Source: a virus (lineage: Duplodnaviria; Caudoviricetes). Taken from it: DNA of 58,393 bases. Made by a program: the position numbers and the translations under genes. A model generated the notes under the pieces. It made no database searches. It saw only the letters and a program-made list of their open reading frames with translations, and was not told where the DNA came from. Where the stretch lies: positions 1-58,393 of IMG/VR virus record IMGVR_UViG_3300036770_008714. One strand, 5' to 3'. Shown here piece after piece: positions 44,751-54,559 of the stretch; within the stretch, counting starts at the first letter, position 1; the number at the start of each line of letters is the position of its first letter.

Positions 44751-44926
44751 ACGACCACGTACAGCCCGACATAGCCGACTGCCTGCGCGGTCACTTCAAC
44801 ATCCCGCCCGACTTTGACTTCTTTGCCCGCGAAGAAGCAAAGCGTGAGAAAGCACTGGAACGCCGGATGCGCGAGCACCCGGATAGCAGAGATCCTGACC
44901 ATCCTGGAGAAGATGATGAGCGCTGA
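44747..44926 (+). CDS. Small hypothetical protein
   Basis: Coupled start; C-terminal HPDSRDPDHPG. Confidence 0.6.
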   Translation: MNDHVQPDIADCLRGHFNIPPDFDFFAREEAKREKALERRMREHPDSRDPDHPGEDDER

Positions 44927-45284
44927 ATGCTTTTGCGACTATGACCCGGCTGAGTTCTACAGCCGACATGAAATCAAGGCCCGCAAGCCGCACAAGTGCG
45001 AAGAATGTGGTCGCGCGATCCAAGTTGGCGAGACTTACGAGAAGGCTGTCGGGAAGTGGGATGGCTCCTTGTCGGTCTTCAAGACCTGCAGCCGCTGCAC
45101 CGCACTGCGCGAACACATCAAGGCGCACGTGCCCTGCTTCTGCTGGGCGCACGGCAACCTGCTAAGCGACTGCCGCCAAGAGGTTATCCATCTACCGAAC
45201 GAAGCTTACGGCACGGGCTTGCTATTCGAGATTGGCCGTCTTGCTGTAGCCATCAAGCGCGCTCCAAGACTGGGGGCGCCATGA
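44916..45284 (+). CDS. Zinc-finger protein
   Basis: KARKPHKCEECG..I..GE.Y...KTCSRC. Confidence 0.75.
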   Translation: MSAECFCDYDPAEFYSRHEIKARKPHKCEECGRAIQVGETYEKAVGKWDGSLSVFKTCSRCTALREHIKAHVPCFCWAHGNLLSDCRQEVIHLPNEAYGTGLLFEIGRLAVAIKRAPRLGAP

Positions 45285-45511
45285 CCAGAGCACTCCAAGA
45301 CCTCCCAGCAGCACGGAAGGCAAGTGAAAGGGAGCAGGCTAAGGTGAAGGCGGAGAACCTGAAAGCAGAGCTTCTCAGCACGCTCATAACGATTGACCAG
45401 CGGTTCACGCTTTGCGCCGAAGCCGGGGCATCTGCTGCGGATGCTTATGACTCGTTCTATCAAAGCTTTGTCCGCGCAGCAATCTCAAAAGCTCAAGGAG
45501 CACAGCAATGA
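45281..45511 (+). CDS. Hypothetical protein
   Basis: Coupled; ends RAAISKAQG. Confidence 0.6.
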   Translation: MTRALQDLPAARKASEREQAKVKAENLKAELLSTLITIDQRFTLCAEAGASAADAYDSFYQSFVRAAISKAQGAQQ

Positions 45512-45894
45512 GCGCAAGGCGCGGCTACACAGTCCGATGTGTCTGCAGTTTCCCAGGCTGCAAGGAAACATCGTTCTACCACTACGACACGCAGCGAGAT
45601 CTTCGCGAGGGTACTGCAGCGGCACAGCAGCGCGCAGGAAAGTGGCTATGCGTGAGGCATACAAGCCCGGCAGAAGTGCTGGCAGAAAACAACCCGACAA
45701 CCAACCGTGTGCTGGTCAATGTGGAGTTGGAGCACGGACGATTTTGGCGCGAAGAAGGTCATGAGCGAGTTGGTAGTGGATTTGTTTTCGGCACTGGCTA
45801 CAAGGCCTATGCCAGAGATTTCCCACCTGGAACTCGACTCACCATCACGGCAAAACTTGACCTGCCATCCCGACAAGGAGAACCGCATGAGTGA
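45508..45894 (+). CDS. Hypothetical Cys-containing protein
   Basis: CSFPGC...CVRH...FPPGTRL. Confidence 0.7.
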   Translation: MSARRGYTVRCVCSFPGCKETSFYHYDTQRDLREGTAAAQQRAGKWLCVRHTSPAEVLAENNPTTNRVLVNVELEHGRFWREEGHERVGSGFVFGTGYKAYARDFPPGTRLTITAKLDLPSRQGEPHE

Positions 45895-46147
45895 TTCAAA
45901 CTGGACCTTGCGCTTTCCCCGCACCACGCGATGCGACGAGCACGCAATCTACTACTACCGCACACCGGCCCATCGCCGGTTTTTTTACGTCTTCATGCGC
46001 CGTGGATGGCTGCTAGTGCCTGTGGTGCTGGCTGTCATTGTCCTGGCCGGATGCGTTGACATGGCATCAGAAGAAAACACTGCCGCAAGCCTTCGGGATG
46101 CTGTGGCGCAAGCAAGGAGCGAATCATGGGCAATCTCGCAGAAATGA
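45887..46147 (+). CDS. Membrane-anchored protein, possible lipoprotein
   Basis: AAGGAG SD; TM segment ending VLAGC. Confidence 0.6.
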   Translation: MSDSNWTLRFPRTTRCDEHAIYYYRTPAHRRFFYVFMRRGWLLVPVVLAVIVLAGCVDMASEENTAASLRDAVAQARSESWAISQK

Positions 46148-46302
46148 GCGACAGCGCAAAGGTAGCGTTCTTGATGGATGTTGTTCGAGACGCTTGCTCC
46201 GCTCTGGCACGCAAGGGCGACATTGACTCAGCAGCTCGTTATCTCAGCTATGTGTACGAGATGCGTGGTGAACAACAGACCAAGGAGGATAGCCATGGGT
46301 GA
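46144..46302 (+). CDS. Small hypothetical protein (52 aa, MSDSAKVAFL...)
   Basis: Hand translation; overlaps both neighbours. Confidence 0.5.
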   Translation: MSDSAKVAFLMDVVRDACSALARKGDIDSAARYLSYVYEMRGEQQTKEDSHG

Positions 46303-46699
46303 AGCAAAGCCGACACCGGGGCCGTGGACGGTGCTGCCAGAAGAAAGCGACAAGGATTACTTGCGCATTCGCGGAACCTGTCTTGGTGGCCGCTACAAGA
46401 TAGCAAACGTCCACATGCCAAGGCATTGGGAGTCACACGATGTTTTTCGTGATCGTGAAAACGCCGAGTCTCAAGCCAACGCCCGCCTTATTGCAGACGC
46501 CGGAACAGTGTTCCACACCACCGGCCTCACACCAAGCCAGCTTGTGGAGCGGGTGAAGGAGCTGGAGGAACTGCTCAACGGCGTACTGATGATGGGGCGA
46601 GGCACCTCTGGCCGGATCATCGTTGAGGGCTGGCAAGAGGAAGTTCTGCGCGCCGCCCTCTCCAAGGCCCGTCCCAACACAGCAGAGGGGAAGTCATGA
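46295..46699 (+). CDS. Hypothetical phage protein (TPGPW family)
   Basis: KPTPGPW...ANARLIA. Confidence 0.75.
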   Translation: MGEAKPTPGPWTVLPEESDKDYLRIRGTCLGGRYKIANVHMPRHWESHDVFRDRENAESQANARLIADAGTVFHTTGLTPSQLVERVKELEELLNGVLMMGRGTSGRIIVEGWQEEVLRAALSKARPNTAEGKS

Positions 46700-47067
46700 A
46701 GTTCGACATTTGCAACCCATCCGACCCGTACACGATGGAAGCGCCAGACCTTGAAATCGCAGCGGTTGCGGTTTCTCTGCTTGGCGATGGCCGCTATCCA
46801 CTCACCGGACTTGGCGACGACAAAGGACAGGACGTGCCTCCGTTTCTTTTCGGCGGGCATGACGAGTGGTTCACCTCTAAGTTTGGGATGAACTTTGAAG
46901 AGACGGTAACAAAGGCCATTCGACACCGCAACCAAGAGCTAGCGACGGCCTTTGACTCAGTGACGCTGCAGTCTTCACGCAGAACAAGCCTGAACGACAT
47001 AGGCGGGCGAGCCAAAGACCTTGCAAAAGCCGTTCGTCAAAAAGCAGCAAAGGAGCCATCCCCATGA
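46696..47067 (+). CDS. Hypothetical protein
   Basis: Coupled; NPSDPYT...RTSLNDIG. Confidence 0.7.
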   Translation: MKFDICNPSDPYTMEAPDLEIAAVAVSLLGDGRYPLTGLGDDKGQDVPPFLFGGHDEWFTSKFGMNFEETVTKAIRHRNQELATAFDSVTLQSSRRTSLNDIGGRAKDLAKAVRQKAAKEPSP

Positions 47068-47180
47068 CAGAAGACACAGAAGCAGGCCCAGACGACGTGC
47101 TCTTTTGGGTAGTCCTGGCTATCGCATTCTTTGCAGCCGCTGGCTTTATTGCTGGGGTGCTGTATCCGTTTTACATGTGA
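47064..47180 (+). CDS. 38-aa single-TM peptide
   Basis: AAGGAG SD; VLFWVVLAIAFFAAAGFIAGVLY. Confidence 0.5.
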   Translation: MTEDTEAGPDDVLFWVVLAIAFFAAAGFIAGVLYPFYM

Positions 47181-47188
47181 GAAATCAA

Positions 47189-48256
47189 ATGAGCGAAACA
47201 ACTGACCTCATCGTCCTGCCGCCAAAGGAAACAGCGCTGCAGGTCTACTCCGCACCGCAGGGCCTGGACCCCTACCTCTTCAAGATCAAGGAAGAGCTTG
47301 ATGCTTTCGTGCCTGACGTGTCCACCAAGAAGGGCCGCGACGCCATCGCCTCGATTGCCTACAAGGTGGCCAAGGGCAAGACTGCGCTGGACAACATCGG
47401 CAAGGAGCTGGTAGCCGACCTCAAGGACGTGCCCAAGAAGATCGACGCCGAGCGCAAGCGGATGCGCGATCTGCTGGACCAGTGGAAGGACGAAGTGCGG
47501 GCGCCGCTGACGGCATGGGAAGAAGCCGAGGCCGAGCGCGAAGCCAAGCACAAGGCCGGGATCGAGTGGTTCCAGCTGCGCGCAAAGGAACATCACGACC
47601 TGGATTCGTCAGAACTGCGCGTCTCGCTTGCCGAGGTGGATGCTCGGGCTGTGGACGAGTCTTGGCAGGAGTTCGAAGCCGAGGCGCACCGGGCTAAAGC
47701 CAAGACAGTGGAAGCGCTGCAGACGGCGCTTGCCGCCCGCGAGAAGCTGGAAGCCGAGCAGGCCGAACTCGCCAAGCTGCGCGCCGAAGCCGCCGCCCGC
47801 GAGCAGAAGGAGCGCGAAGAACGCATTGCCCGCGAAGCAGCAGAACGCGCCCAGCGCGAAGCCGAAGCCAAGGCCCAGGCCGAGCGGGACGCAGCCGCCA
47901 AGCGCGAAGCCGACGCCGCTGCAGCCGCCGAACGCCGCGAGCTGGAGTTGAAGCTGCAGGCCGAGCGTGCCGAACGCGAAAAGACCGAAGCCCAGCAGCG
48001 CGAAGCCCAGGCCAGGGCCGACGCTGAACGCAAAGCCGCCGAGGCTGTCGCGGAAGAACAGCGCCGTGTTGCCGCCCAGGCCGCAGCCGACGCCAAAGAA
48101 GCCGAGCGCCGCGAACGCGACAAGGCCCACAAGACCGCCGTGAACCGCGCTGCACTTGATGCCTTTGTGCAAGGCGGAATGACCGAGGAATGCGCAAAGC
48201 TGGCCGTCACGTTGATTGCCAAGAAGGTCATCCCGGCTGTATCCATCGTTTACTGA
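47189..48256 (+). CDS. Phage coiled-coil protein (TolA-like annotation family)
   Basis: PDVSTKKGRDAIASIAYKVAK...PKKIDAERKR; Ala/Glu/Arg-rich. Confidence 0.8.
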   Translation: MSETTDLIVLPPKETALQVYSAPQGLDPYLFKIKEELDAFVPDVSTKKGRDAIASIAYKVAKGKTALDNIGKELVADLKDVPKKIDAERKRMRDLLDQWKDEVRAPLTAWEEAEAEREAKHKAGIEWFQLRAKEHHDLDSSELRVSLAEVDARAVDESWQEFEAEAHRAKAKTVEALQTALAAREKLEAEQAELAKLRAEAAAREQKEREERIAREAAERAQREAEAKAQAERDAAAKREADAAAAAERRELELKLQAERAEREKTEAQQREAQARADAERKAAEAVAEEQRRVAAQAAADAKEAERRERDKAHKTAVNRAALDAFVQGGMTEECAKLAVTLIAKKVIPAVSIVY

Positions 48257-48265
48257 GAGAACACC

Positions 48266-49081
48266 ATGAACGCTGTCGTTGAAGTTGAAACAGCCAGCAT
48301 GGTTCCCGCACGAAGCGCGAACCCAACTGCTGAAGTCGTCGCGCACGCCAAGACCGTGCAACAGGTCATGCAGGCCGTGATGAAGCCCAATGTGCATTAC
48401 GGGGCCATCCCCGGCGCAGGCGACAAGCCTACGCTGCTCAAGTCCGGCGCCGAGGTGCTGTGCATGACCTTCCGCATTGCCGACCGCTACGAGGTCACGG
48501 ACCTGTCTCGCGATGGCTCCATTCGCTACCGGGTCAATTGCGTAGGCGAACACCAGACCTCCGGCGCAACGCTGGGCTCTGGCCTTGGCGAGTGCTCCAG
48601 CGATGAAGAAAAGTACCGCTGGCGCAAGGCGGTGTGCGTGGAGGAATTCGAAGCCACGCCCGAGACACACCGCCGCCTGAAGTTCGGGCGCAAGCAAGGC
48701 GGGCACTACACCGTTCAACAGGTCCGCACGGAGTCAGCCGACCTCGCAAACACCGTTCTCAAGATGGCGTGCAAGCGGGCCAAGATCGCCATGGTGCTGA
48801 ACGTCACGGCGGCATCGGACATGTTCAGCCAGGACTTGGAAGACCTGGACGCGGAGCTGGTGCGCCACCTTGCCGAAGATGAGCGCCAGTCACAGGTGCA
48901 AATGGTCCGCGATGAATGGATTGCGAAAGCAAACGCGGCAAAGGACCGCGATTCGCTGGGGGCCATCATGAAAGAAGGCGTCAAGATTTTCCAATCGTCA
49001 CGCGACAAAGACGGCTATGCGGCATTTGCTGCAGCGGTCCAGACCCGTGGCACTGAACTGAAAGGCGGCAGCAATGCGTGA
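48266..49081 (+). CDS. Putative single-strand annealing recombinase
   Basis: HYGAIPG..KPTL.K.GAE...NTVLKMA.KRA...SDMFSQDLED; directly upstream of exonuclease and ssb. Confidence 0.65.
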   Translation: MNAVVEVETASMVPARSANPTAEVVAHAKTVQQVMQAVMKPNVHYGAIPGAGDKPTLLKSGAEVLCMTFRIADRYEVTDLSRDGSIRYRVNCVGEHQTSGATLGSGLGECSSDEEKYRWRKAVCVEEFEATPETHRRLKFGRKQGGHYTVQQVRTESADLANTVLKMACKRAKIAMVLNVTAASDMFSQDLEDLDAELVRHLAEDERQSQVQMVRDEWIAKANAAKDRDSLGAIMKEGVKIFQSSRDKDGYAAFAAAVQTRGTELKGGSNA

Positions 49082-49736
49082 AATCCTTATCCGGTGCTCA
49101 TCGCTGGGCAAGATCATGACCGAGCCCAAGACAAAGGCCGAAGGCATCCTGTCGGTTGGGGCCAAGACATACATTCGCGAGCTGGCCCAACAGGAAATTC
49201 TCGGGGTTGACTTCGAGTTCTCCAGCAAGGAGACGCAGAAGGGAATCGAGGTTGAGGATGAAAGCATTGCGCTTCTGAACCGGGTGCGCGGGCTGTCTCT
49301 GGTGAAGAACACCGAGCGCAAGTCCAACGGTCTGATTACCGGCGAATGCGACCTCTACGACGCCGAACGCAAGCGCGGGCACGACCTCAAGTCTTCGTGG
49401 TCAGCCAAGACCTTCCCCGGCTGGGTAGTGGACTGCGAAGACAAGCTGTATGAGTGGCAAATGCGCGGCTACATGTTGCTCTGGGACGCCGACGAGTGGG
49501 AAGTGAATTACTCCCTGGTTGACACCCCTGAGCGCTTGATTGGCTTCGAGCCGCTAGCGATGCATGTTGTCAGCCACATCCCGGAACACATGCGCCTGAC
49601 AAGCTGGACGATTCAACGGGACTTCGCCAAAGAGCGCGCCATCGCCGAGAAGGTGGAGGCTGCACGCGAGTATTACGCCAAGGTAGTGCAGGAGTTCGAC
49701 CAGATCCACCAAATCCCCGAGCTGCTCGCAGCTTAA
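49074..49736 (+). CDS. YqaJ / lambda-exonuclease-like nuclease
   Basis: IRCSSLGKIM, KGIEVE, ITGECD, DLKSSW, YEWQMRGY. Confidence 0.8.
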   Translation: MREILIRCSSLGKIMTEPKTKAEGILSVGAKTYIRELAQQEILGVDFEFSSKETQKGIEVEDESIALLNRVRGLSLVKNTERKSNGLITGECDLYDAERKRGHDLKSSWSAKTFPGWVVDCEDKLYEWQMRGYMLLWDADEWEVNYSLVDTPERLIGFEPLAMHVVSHIPEHMRLTSWTIQRDFAKERAIAEKVEAAREYYAKVVQEFDQIHQIPELLAA

Positions 49737-49782
49737 CCAACACCCGGCAGGCTGGCTGCTGGGCATTTATGAAAGGCCAATC

Positions 49783-50232
49783 ATGGCAAACGACCTCAAT
49801 CAGTGCAACTTCATCGGGCGTCTTGGGCGCGACTTGGAGCTAAGGACATTCCCATCTGGCGATCAGGTGGCCAATGGCACTTTGGCTGTCGGAAGTAAAT
49901 GGAAAGACCGCAACAGCGGCGAGGCGAGGGAGAGCACCGAATGGGTTCGACTCACGTTTCACGGGAAGTCTGCCGAGATCGCGGGCCAGTACCTACGCAA
50001 AGGCTCGCAGATTTTCGTGACGGGCGAAATGCGTACTCGAGAGTACGAGCAGGACGGAGTGAAAAAGTACAGCACCGAGATTCGCGTGAACAACTTCCAG
50101 ATGCTTGGGCAGAGACCGGAAGGCGAAGGCCGTGCTCCAGCTCCGGCTCCATCTCCCCGACAGCAGAGCCGTGCGCCAGCGCCGACGACCGATCCTGGCG
50201 GCTGGGATGACATGGACCCAATCCCATTCTGA
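49783..50232 (+). CDS. ssb: Single-stranded DNA-binding protein
   Basis: LNQCNFIGRLGRD...YLRKGSQIFVTG...acidic tail ending IPF. Confidence 0.95.
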   Translation: MANDLNQCNFIGRLGRDLELRTFPSGDQVANGTLAVGSKWKDRNSGEARESTEWVRLTFHGKSAEIAGQYLRKGSQIFVTGEMRTREYEQDGVKKYSTEIRVNNFQMLGQRPEGEGRAPAPAPSPRQQSRAPAPTTDPGGWDDMDPIPF

Positions 50233-50290
50233 CATCCCCCACCCCACCCAAAGGCCCGCAGTAGCGGGTCTTCTCATTTCAGGACCAGAT

Positions 50291-50623
50291 ATGACGAAGC
50301 CAACCCAACACCAACCCATTGACCCATCCGAACTGAGCATTTCGAACGACCCATACACCGGACGCGAGCGCACGAATGAAGGCAAGTACGCCGAAATCTT
50401 CTGCAAGGTCAAGCAGGGCCAGCGCATCGTCTGCCCGCCAGGACGAGCAGGAGCCATTGCCCACGCCTACGAAAAGTGGCTGGTGAAAAACGTGGGCGCA
50501 AAGCAGCCGGTCATCCGCACCAAGAGCGCTTGCGATGACGGCAAGGGCGGCGTGTGGTGGCTTGGCGAGAAAGAAGCCAAGAAGCCTGAAACGGTCTGGG
50601 CTGGTTTGAAGAAGGCCGCATAA
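50291..50623 (+). CDS. Hypothetical protein
   Basis: AGGA SD; GKY...F...GVWW. Confidence 0.7.
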   Translation: MTKPTQHQPIDPSELSISNDPYTGRERTNEGKYAEIFCKVKQGQRIVCPPGRAGAIAHAYEKWLVKNVGAKQPVIRTKSACDDGKGGVWWLGEKEAKKPETVWAGLKKAA

Positions 50624-50654
50624 CCGCACCCCTGGTGCACCACTAGGAGGCCGT

Positions 50655-51020
50655 ATGGCTGAAACCATAGACCATCTGAAAGCAGAACTGCAGACCGCTG
50701 GATGGCGTTTCGCTAGGAATAGCGACTACCCACGCACTAACAATTGCGATTGGTATGCGTGGATGCCAAAGCGCCCTCAAGAGTGGCCCGATTGCGAATG
50801 CAACGACAAGCCGCCCGCAGTGAGCCTGCACCCGTTCATTTTCACTATGGACGGCAGGACGCACGATTCATGCGAGTTCCAACTGACGGGCCAGATGCAC
50901 GGCAGGTGGTACACGCTCAAGATGTATTCAGTGGGGATAGATGAGGCAATGCAAGCCGCCACGGAAGCAACCGCATCACTTGGCGCGGCCTGGAAGGCTA
51001 TCGCCGCACTGGAGGAATGA
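50655..51020 (+). CDS. Hypothetical protein
   Basis: AGGAGG SD; CECNDKPP. Confidence 0.75.
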   Translation: MAETIDHLKAELQTAGWRFARNSDYPRTNNCDWYAWMPKRPQEWPDCECNDKPPAVSLHPFIFTMDGRTHDSCEFQLTGQMHGRWYTLKMYSVGIDEAMQAATEATASLGAAWKAIAALEE

Positions 51021-51511
51021 CCATGGCTGACGACACGAATACAGCAGAGCGCGCGAGCTTTGAAGCGCACTATCGTCGATGCGGGGCAACCGATGAGACG
51101 CTTTCCCGCTGGGTGGACGATGGGAGCACACCGCCAGCGATGGTTGGGAAATACATCATCCGCAGCGTGCAAGACGCTTGGCTCGCATTCCAAGCTGGCC
51201 GCGCCTCTCTCGCAGCAAGTGCGGGGAGTGAGCCGGTGGCGTGGCTGGTTTGCACGGAAGAAGGCGACCCGAGCATGGTGTTTCTGAGTCAGCACGAAGC
51301 CCAGCAGTATCTCGAAGACGATGAGCGACCGACACCCCTATACACCCACCCCTCTCCCCCAGAGGGAGCAGGGGCCGAGCAAGCACTGCGCAAGGTGCTG
51401 TCAGTGGTGCAGCGATACCTGCCACCAAATGGGCCAACTGCCCACGACGCCATGTCAGAAATCACCGCAATCGTTGACCCGTGGCCGCTTTGCCCGCTGG
51501 AGAAACCATGA
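51017..51511 (+). CDS. Mosaic early protein (EPVAW...PLYTHP motif)
   Basis: Motif common to Ea22/Eaa-like early genes. Confidence 0.7.
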   Translation: MTMADDTNTAERASFEAHYRRCGATDETLSRWVDDGSTPPAMVGKYIIRSVQDAWLAFQAGRASLAASAGSEPVAWLVCTEEGDPSMVFLSQHEAQQYLEDDERPTPLYTHPSPPEGAGAEQALRKVLSVVQRYLPPNGPTAHDAMSEITAIVDPWPLCPLEKP

Positions 51512-51759
51512 GCACCAAGACCATTCCCGCGCAGATCATCAAGACCTGCGACGGCTGCGGCGTCACGATTGACCCGCAGAACTCGCGCCAAGAGGGCAAG
51601 TTGACCCTGAACGCCAACGCCCTGGACATGTACGGACACGCATGCGCCGACGCCACGCGCAAGCTGGATCTGTGCGATTTATGCCTCTACAAGGTGTCTA
51701 AAGCGATTGACAGCGCCTTGGCCCCACCACTTCCCGCATCTGAGGCAAAGGAGCTGTGA
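51508..51759 (+). CDS. Small zinc-binding protein
   Basis: TCDGCG...DLCDLC. Confidence 0.7.
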   Translation: MSTKTIPAQIIKTCDGCGVTIDPQNSRQEGKLTLNANALDMYGHACADATRKLDLCDLCLYKVSKAIDSALAPPLPASEAKEL

Positions 51760-51968
51760 TGGCCTGTGACATTTGCGGCAAGACAGGAACGCCATTGAGC
51801 GACCTGCGCGAGATCTACCAGACCGATGAAATCAAGGTCATGTGCCCTGACTGCGAGAAGGTCGTCAACAAACAACTCCGCTCAATCCAAGACATGACAG
51901 GGCGCATGCAGCGCGCTTTGTTGAAGCTGTTTATGGGTGAGCGCAAAGCAAAGAAGGATCGCAAATGA
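51756..51968 (+). CDS. Small zinc-binding protein
   Basis: CDICG...CPDC. Confidence 0.7.
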   Translation: MMACDICGKTGTPLSDLREIYQTDEIKVMCPDCEKVVNKQLRSIQDMTGRMQRALLKLFMGERKAKKDRK

Positions 51969-53158
51969 CCACCCCCACCGTATCGGCAGAACTGCCGGAA
52001 GCGCTGCAATACGTCGGCGATCTTAAGAAGTTCTTTTTGCACAACGAGGTCAGCATGCAAAAGCTGTACGTCATCGGCAACGAACTCCGCCGCCTGCACG
52101 CCCAGGCCCAGGCACTCAGCGCAGCGCAGGCAGGGGTGCCAGCCGATGACGGGCATGAATGGCGGTGCTTCCATTGCGGTGAGGTGTTCACTGACGAAGA
52201 AAGCGCAGCGCTGCACTTTGGATCAAGCGAATACCAACAGGCGTACTGCACCATCCCTGTCGAGCATTTCCGCTGGATGGAGGCCCAGCACCGTCGCCAT
52301 CTTGAAGATGACTCGGAAGCATCGCGCACCATCCAGGGCATTCTTTGCGAACACGAAAATCTGCGCCGCCGCGCCGAAGAGATTGGGTACGAGCGCGGCC
52401 TACGCGATGCGCAAAGATTCCCTTCGGAACTAGGGCTCACCACCGCCCCCCAGCCCAGCCCATCCCCTGCGCCAGCCTGCAAGACCTGCCCAGGTATCCC
52501 ACGCCCAGGGTGCGACTACTTGGCCGAGTGCGGAAGCGTGTGCAACAAGTGCGGACAGGTGCATTCGTCGCACTTGCTGGAATGCAATCTCCCCACCACG
52601 TCGCAGCGGCGCTGGAACACGTATGAGCAAGCTATCGGTGATCCAGTGTTTCAAGTTGCCCGGTCAATCATGGGTACGGAGAACGCGGGCCAAGACGGGC
52701 AACTGGTAAAGGCTATAAACCACGTCATCGACGCTCAATGCGATGCGCCCACTGCGCCAGCCCAGCCGGGGCAGGAGGGGGAGTTGACTGACTACCAAAT
52801 CTTGGCGATCACAACGGCCTACGAGCAAGGTGTTGGCAAAGGCCGGCAGGCTCACACCTCCGGAAAGGAGATCGCCAATCCGTATTCCACGGGCTATCGC
52901 TGCGATTTAGCTTGGCAATACGGATACGAAGAAGGCAAGGAACAAGCCGCACGCATCGAAACAGACCGCGCAGCCCGTGCCGCACCACAGCCAGCAACGG
53001 CAGATGCGGTGCAGGCTGAACGCATTCATCTTGCGTGGCGAGGCTCGCTAAAGGCGTGCGGCGTGAGCGAAGCCGACCGCGACGCCATCGGCGAAGTGGT
53101 GCTGTCTATGCTGGCCGAGCGCGCCGCCCTGGCAGCACAGCGGGAGGTCAAGCCATGA
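51965..53158 (+). CDS. Mosaic multi-module early protein with zinc-finger segments
   Basis: WRCFHCGEVF...HFG; Cys cluster; NPY...AWQYGY module; Pro/Ala linkers. Confidence 0.75.
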   Translation: MTTPTVSAELPEALQYVGDLKKFFLHNEVSMQKLYVIGNELRRLHAQAQALSAAQAGVPADDGHEWRCFHCGEVFTDEESAALHFGSSEYQQAYCTIPVEHFRWMEAQHRRHLEDDSEASRTIQGILCEHENLRRRAEEIGYERGLRDAQRFPSELGLTTAPQPSPSPAPACKTCPGIPRPGCDYLAECGSVCNKCGQVHSSHLLECNLPTTSQRRWNTYEQAIGDPVFQVARSIMGTENAGQDGQLVKAINHVIDAQCDAPTAPAQPGQEGELTDYQILAITTAYEQGVGKGRQAHTSGKEIANPYSTGYRCDLAWQYGYEEGKEQAARIETDRAARAAPQPATADAVQAERIHLAWRGSLKACGVSEADRDAIGEVVLSMLAERAALAAQREVKP

Positions 53159-53442
53159 GCGTCTGGACCTACTCACGCTACGCCAGTGGGCATGGTCGCC
53201 CACTACCTGACGGCGCGCGGATCAATCCCGAGGATGAATCGGACGACTACGAACTGAGCGTGGTTGCCGAGGCATGCGCCGCAGATGACCACAGCAACTA
53301 CGACGGATGGGAAGGAGACCGCAGCGAGCGCGACATATACCTGTTCCGTGATGGCGCTCTGCACAGCCACTTTGTGGTCACCGTCGAGTACGAACCCACC
53401 TTTTCAGCGCACCGCGCCACCCATCAAGGAGACACCAAATGA
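53155..53442 (+). CDS. Acidic hypothetical protein
   Basis: GGAGG SD; DGWE...EYEPTFSA. Confidence 0.7.
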   Translation: MSVWTYSRYASGHGRPLPDGARINPEDESDDYELSVVAEACAADDHSNYDGWEGDRSERDIYLFRDGALHSHFVVTVEYEPTFSAHRATHQGDTK

Positions 53443-53597
53443 CGACCACCGAACTGCTTTCCCTGATGCGCCTGCTGTCCGCAATGGAGAGCGCAATGCT
53501 GACGGCCAAGACTCCGATGCCGGATCACCTGTGGGAAGCGGTAGAGCGGCATGTGGAGATTCTGGAGCGTGAGATTTTGGCAAGGAGCAAGGAATGA
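53439..53597 (+). CDS. Small hypothetical protein (52 aa, MTTTELLSLMRLLSAMES...)
   Basis: AAGGAG SD; coupled at both ends; hand translation. Confidence 0.65.
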   Translation: MTTTELLSLMRLLSAMESAMLTAKTPMPDHLWEAVERHVEILEREILARSKE

Positions 53598-54070
53598 CTA
53601 CACCAACAGATGCGGAGCTACGGACGCTGTGGGCTTCGCAGGATGGTTTCCATCCGGACCCGATTGTTTTCGCCCGCGCAGTCTTGGCAAAGTGGGGCCA
53701 CCCGCTGGCCGTGGCGGGCGGGGAGCCGGTGACAAAAGAGCGATACAGCGAGCCCTTGGCGCGTGTGATTAATGCTGGGTATTTGCTGTCGAACTGCGCA
53801 TTCAACTTGGCACAGCGCCCTGGTACTGAAATATCGCTAGGCACTGCGCAAACCCTTGAGGCCTGCCAAAAGGAGTGGGACGCGGCATGCGCTGCACACA
53901 AAGCTTTGCCGCCCGCCCCACCCCCGCAAGCCGTGCGGGAACCGCTGACGGATGAGCACATCAAGTCGTTGTGCGTGCAGCCTTGGGTCTTTGACACTGT
54001 GAAGCAGTGGGTTCGGATTATCGAAGCCGCCCACGGCATCACCAAAGGAGGCCAGCATGGCGCTGAGTGA
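53594..54070 (+). CDS. Hypothetical phage protein
   Basis: FARAVLAKWG...REPLTDE...IEAAHGI. Confidence 0.7.
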   Translation: MTTPTDAELRTLWASQDGFHPDPIVFARAVLAKWGHPLAVAGGEPVTKERYSEPLARVINAGYLLSNCAFNLAQRPGTEISLGTAQTLEACQKEWDAACAAHKALPPAPPPQAVREPLTDEHIKSLCVQPWVFDTVKQWVRIIEAAHGITKGGQHGAE

Positions 54071-54404
54071 AAAAGAACTAGAGGCGTTGGCTGTAAAGCA
54101 TGAGGAATTCGGCTTTGGTCAGGTTGACCCAAGCGGATTCACGATGCACGGCTTTGGACCGGATGGCCTGCGTGCATTCATCGCAGAGGTCCGCAAGGAT
54201 GACGAAGCCTTGATCCGTAAATTCGTTGATGCGATCAAACTGGATCGGCACGATTGGGAAGACTGGCCGGAAGACTCGCGCAAGGCGTTTGAAGAATTAC
54301 GCGCCCGCCTGCTCGATTCCGATCTATCAACCCTCACCGAGCGCGGAAAGACTGCATGGGCCGGTGTTGATCCGCAGAAGCTGCGGGAAGGAGGTGCACT
54401 GTGA
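54057..54404 (+). CDS. Hypothetical protein
   Basis: AGGAGG SD. Confidence 0.7.
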   Translation: MALSEKELEALAVKHEEFGFGQVDPSGFTMHGFGPDGLRAFIAEVRKDDEALIRKFVDAIKLDRHDWEDWPEDSRKAFEELRARLLDSDLSTLTERGKTAWAGVDPQKLREGGAL

Positions 54405-54559
54405 AAACCATCACCATAGAAGTCGAAGACGACGAAGTTCTGGTGGCTCTCAAGCGGCCAGAGGAATATGAGGACGTTCATCCTCAGCTTGTCGCAGAGG
54501 ATGCGATCAACCCGAACTGGCCGGAGTACCGCACTGTCTGGCCGAAGGAAGCACCATGA
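54401..54559 (+). CDS. Small acidic protein (52 aa, MKTITIEVEDDEV...)
   Basis: GGAGG SD, GTG start, coupled at both ends. Confidence 0.6.
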   Translation: MKTITIEVEDDEVLVALKRPEEYEDVHPQLVAEDAINPNWPEYRTVWPKEAP

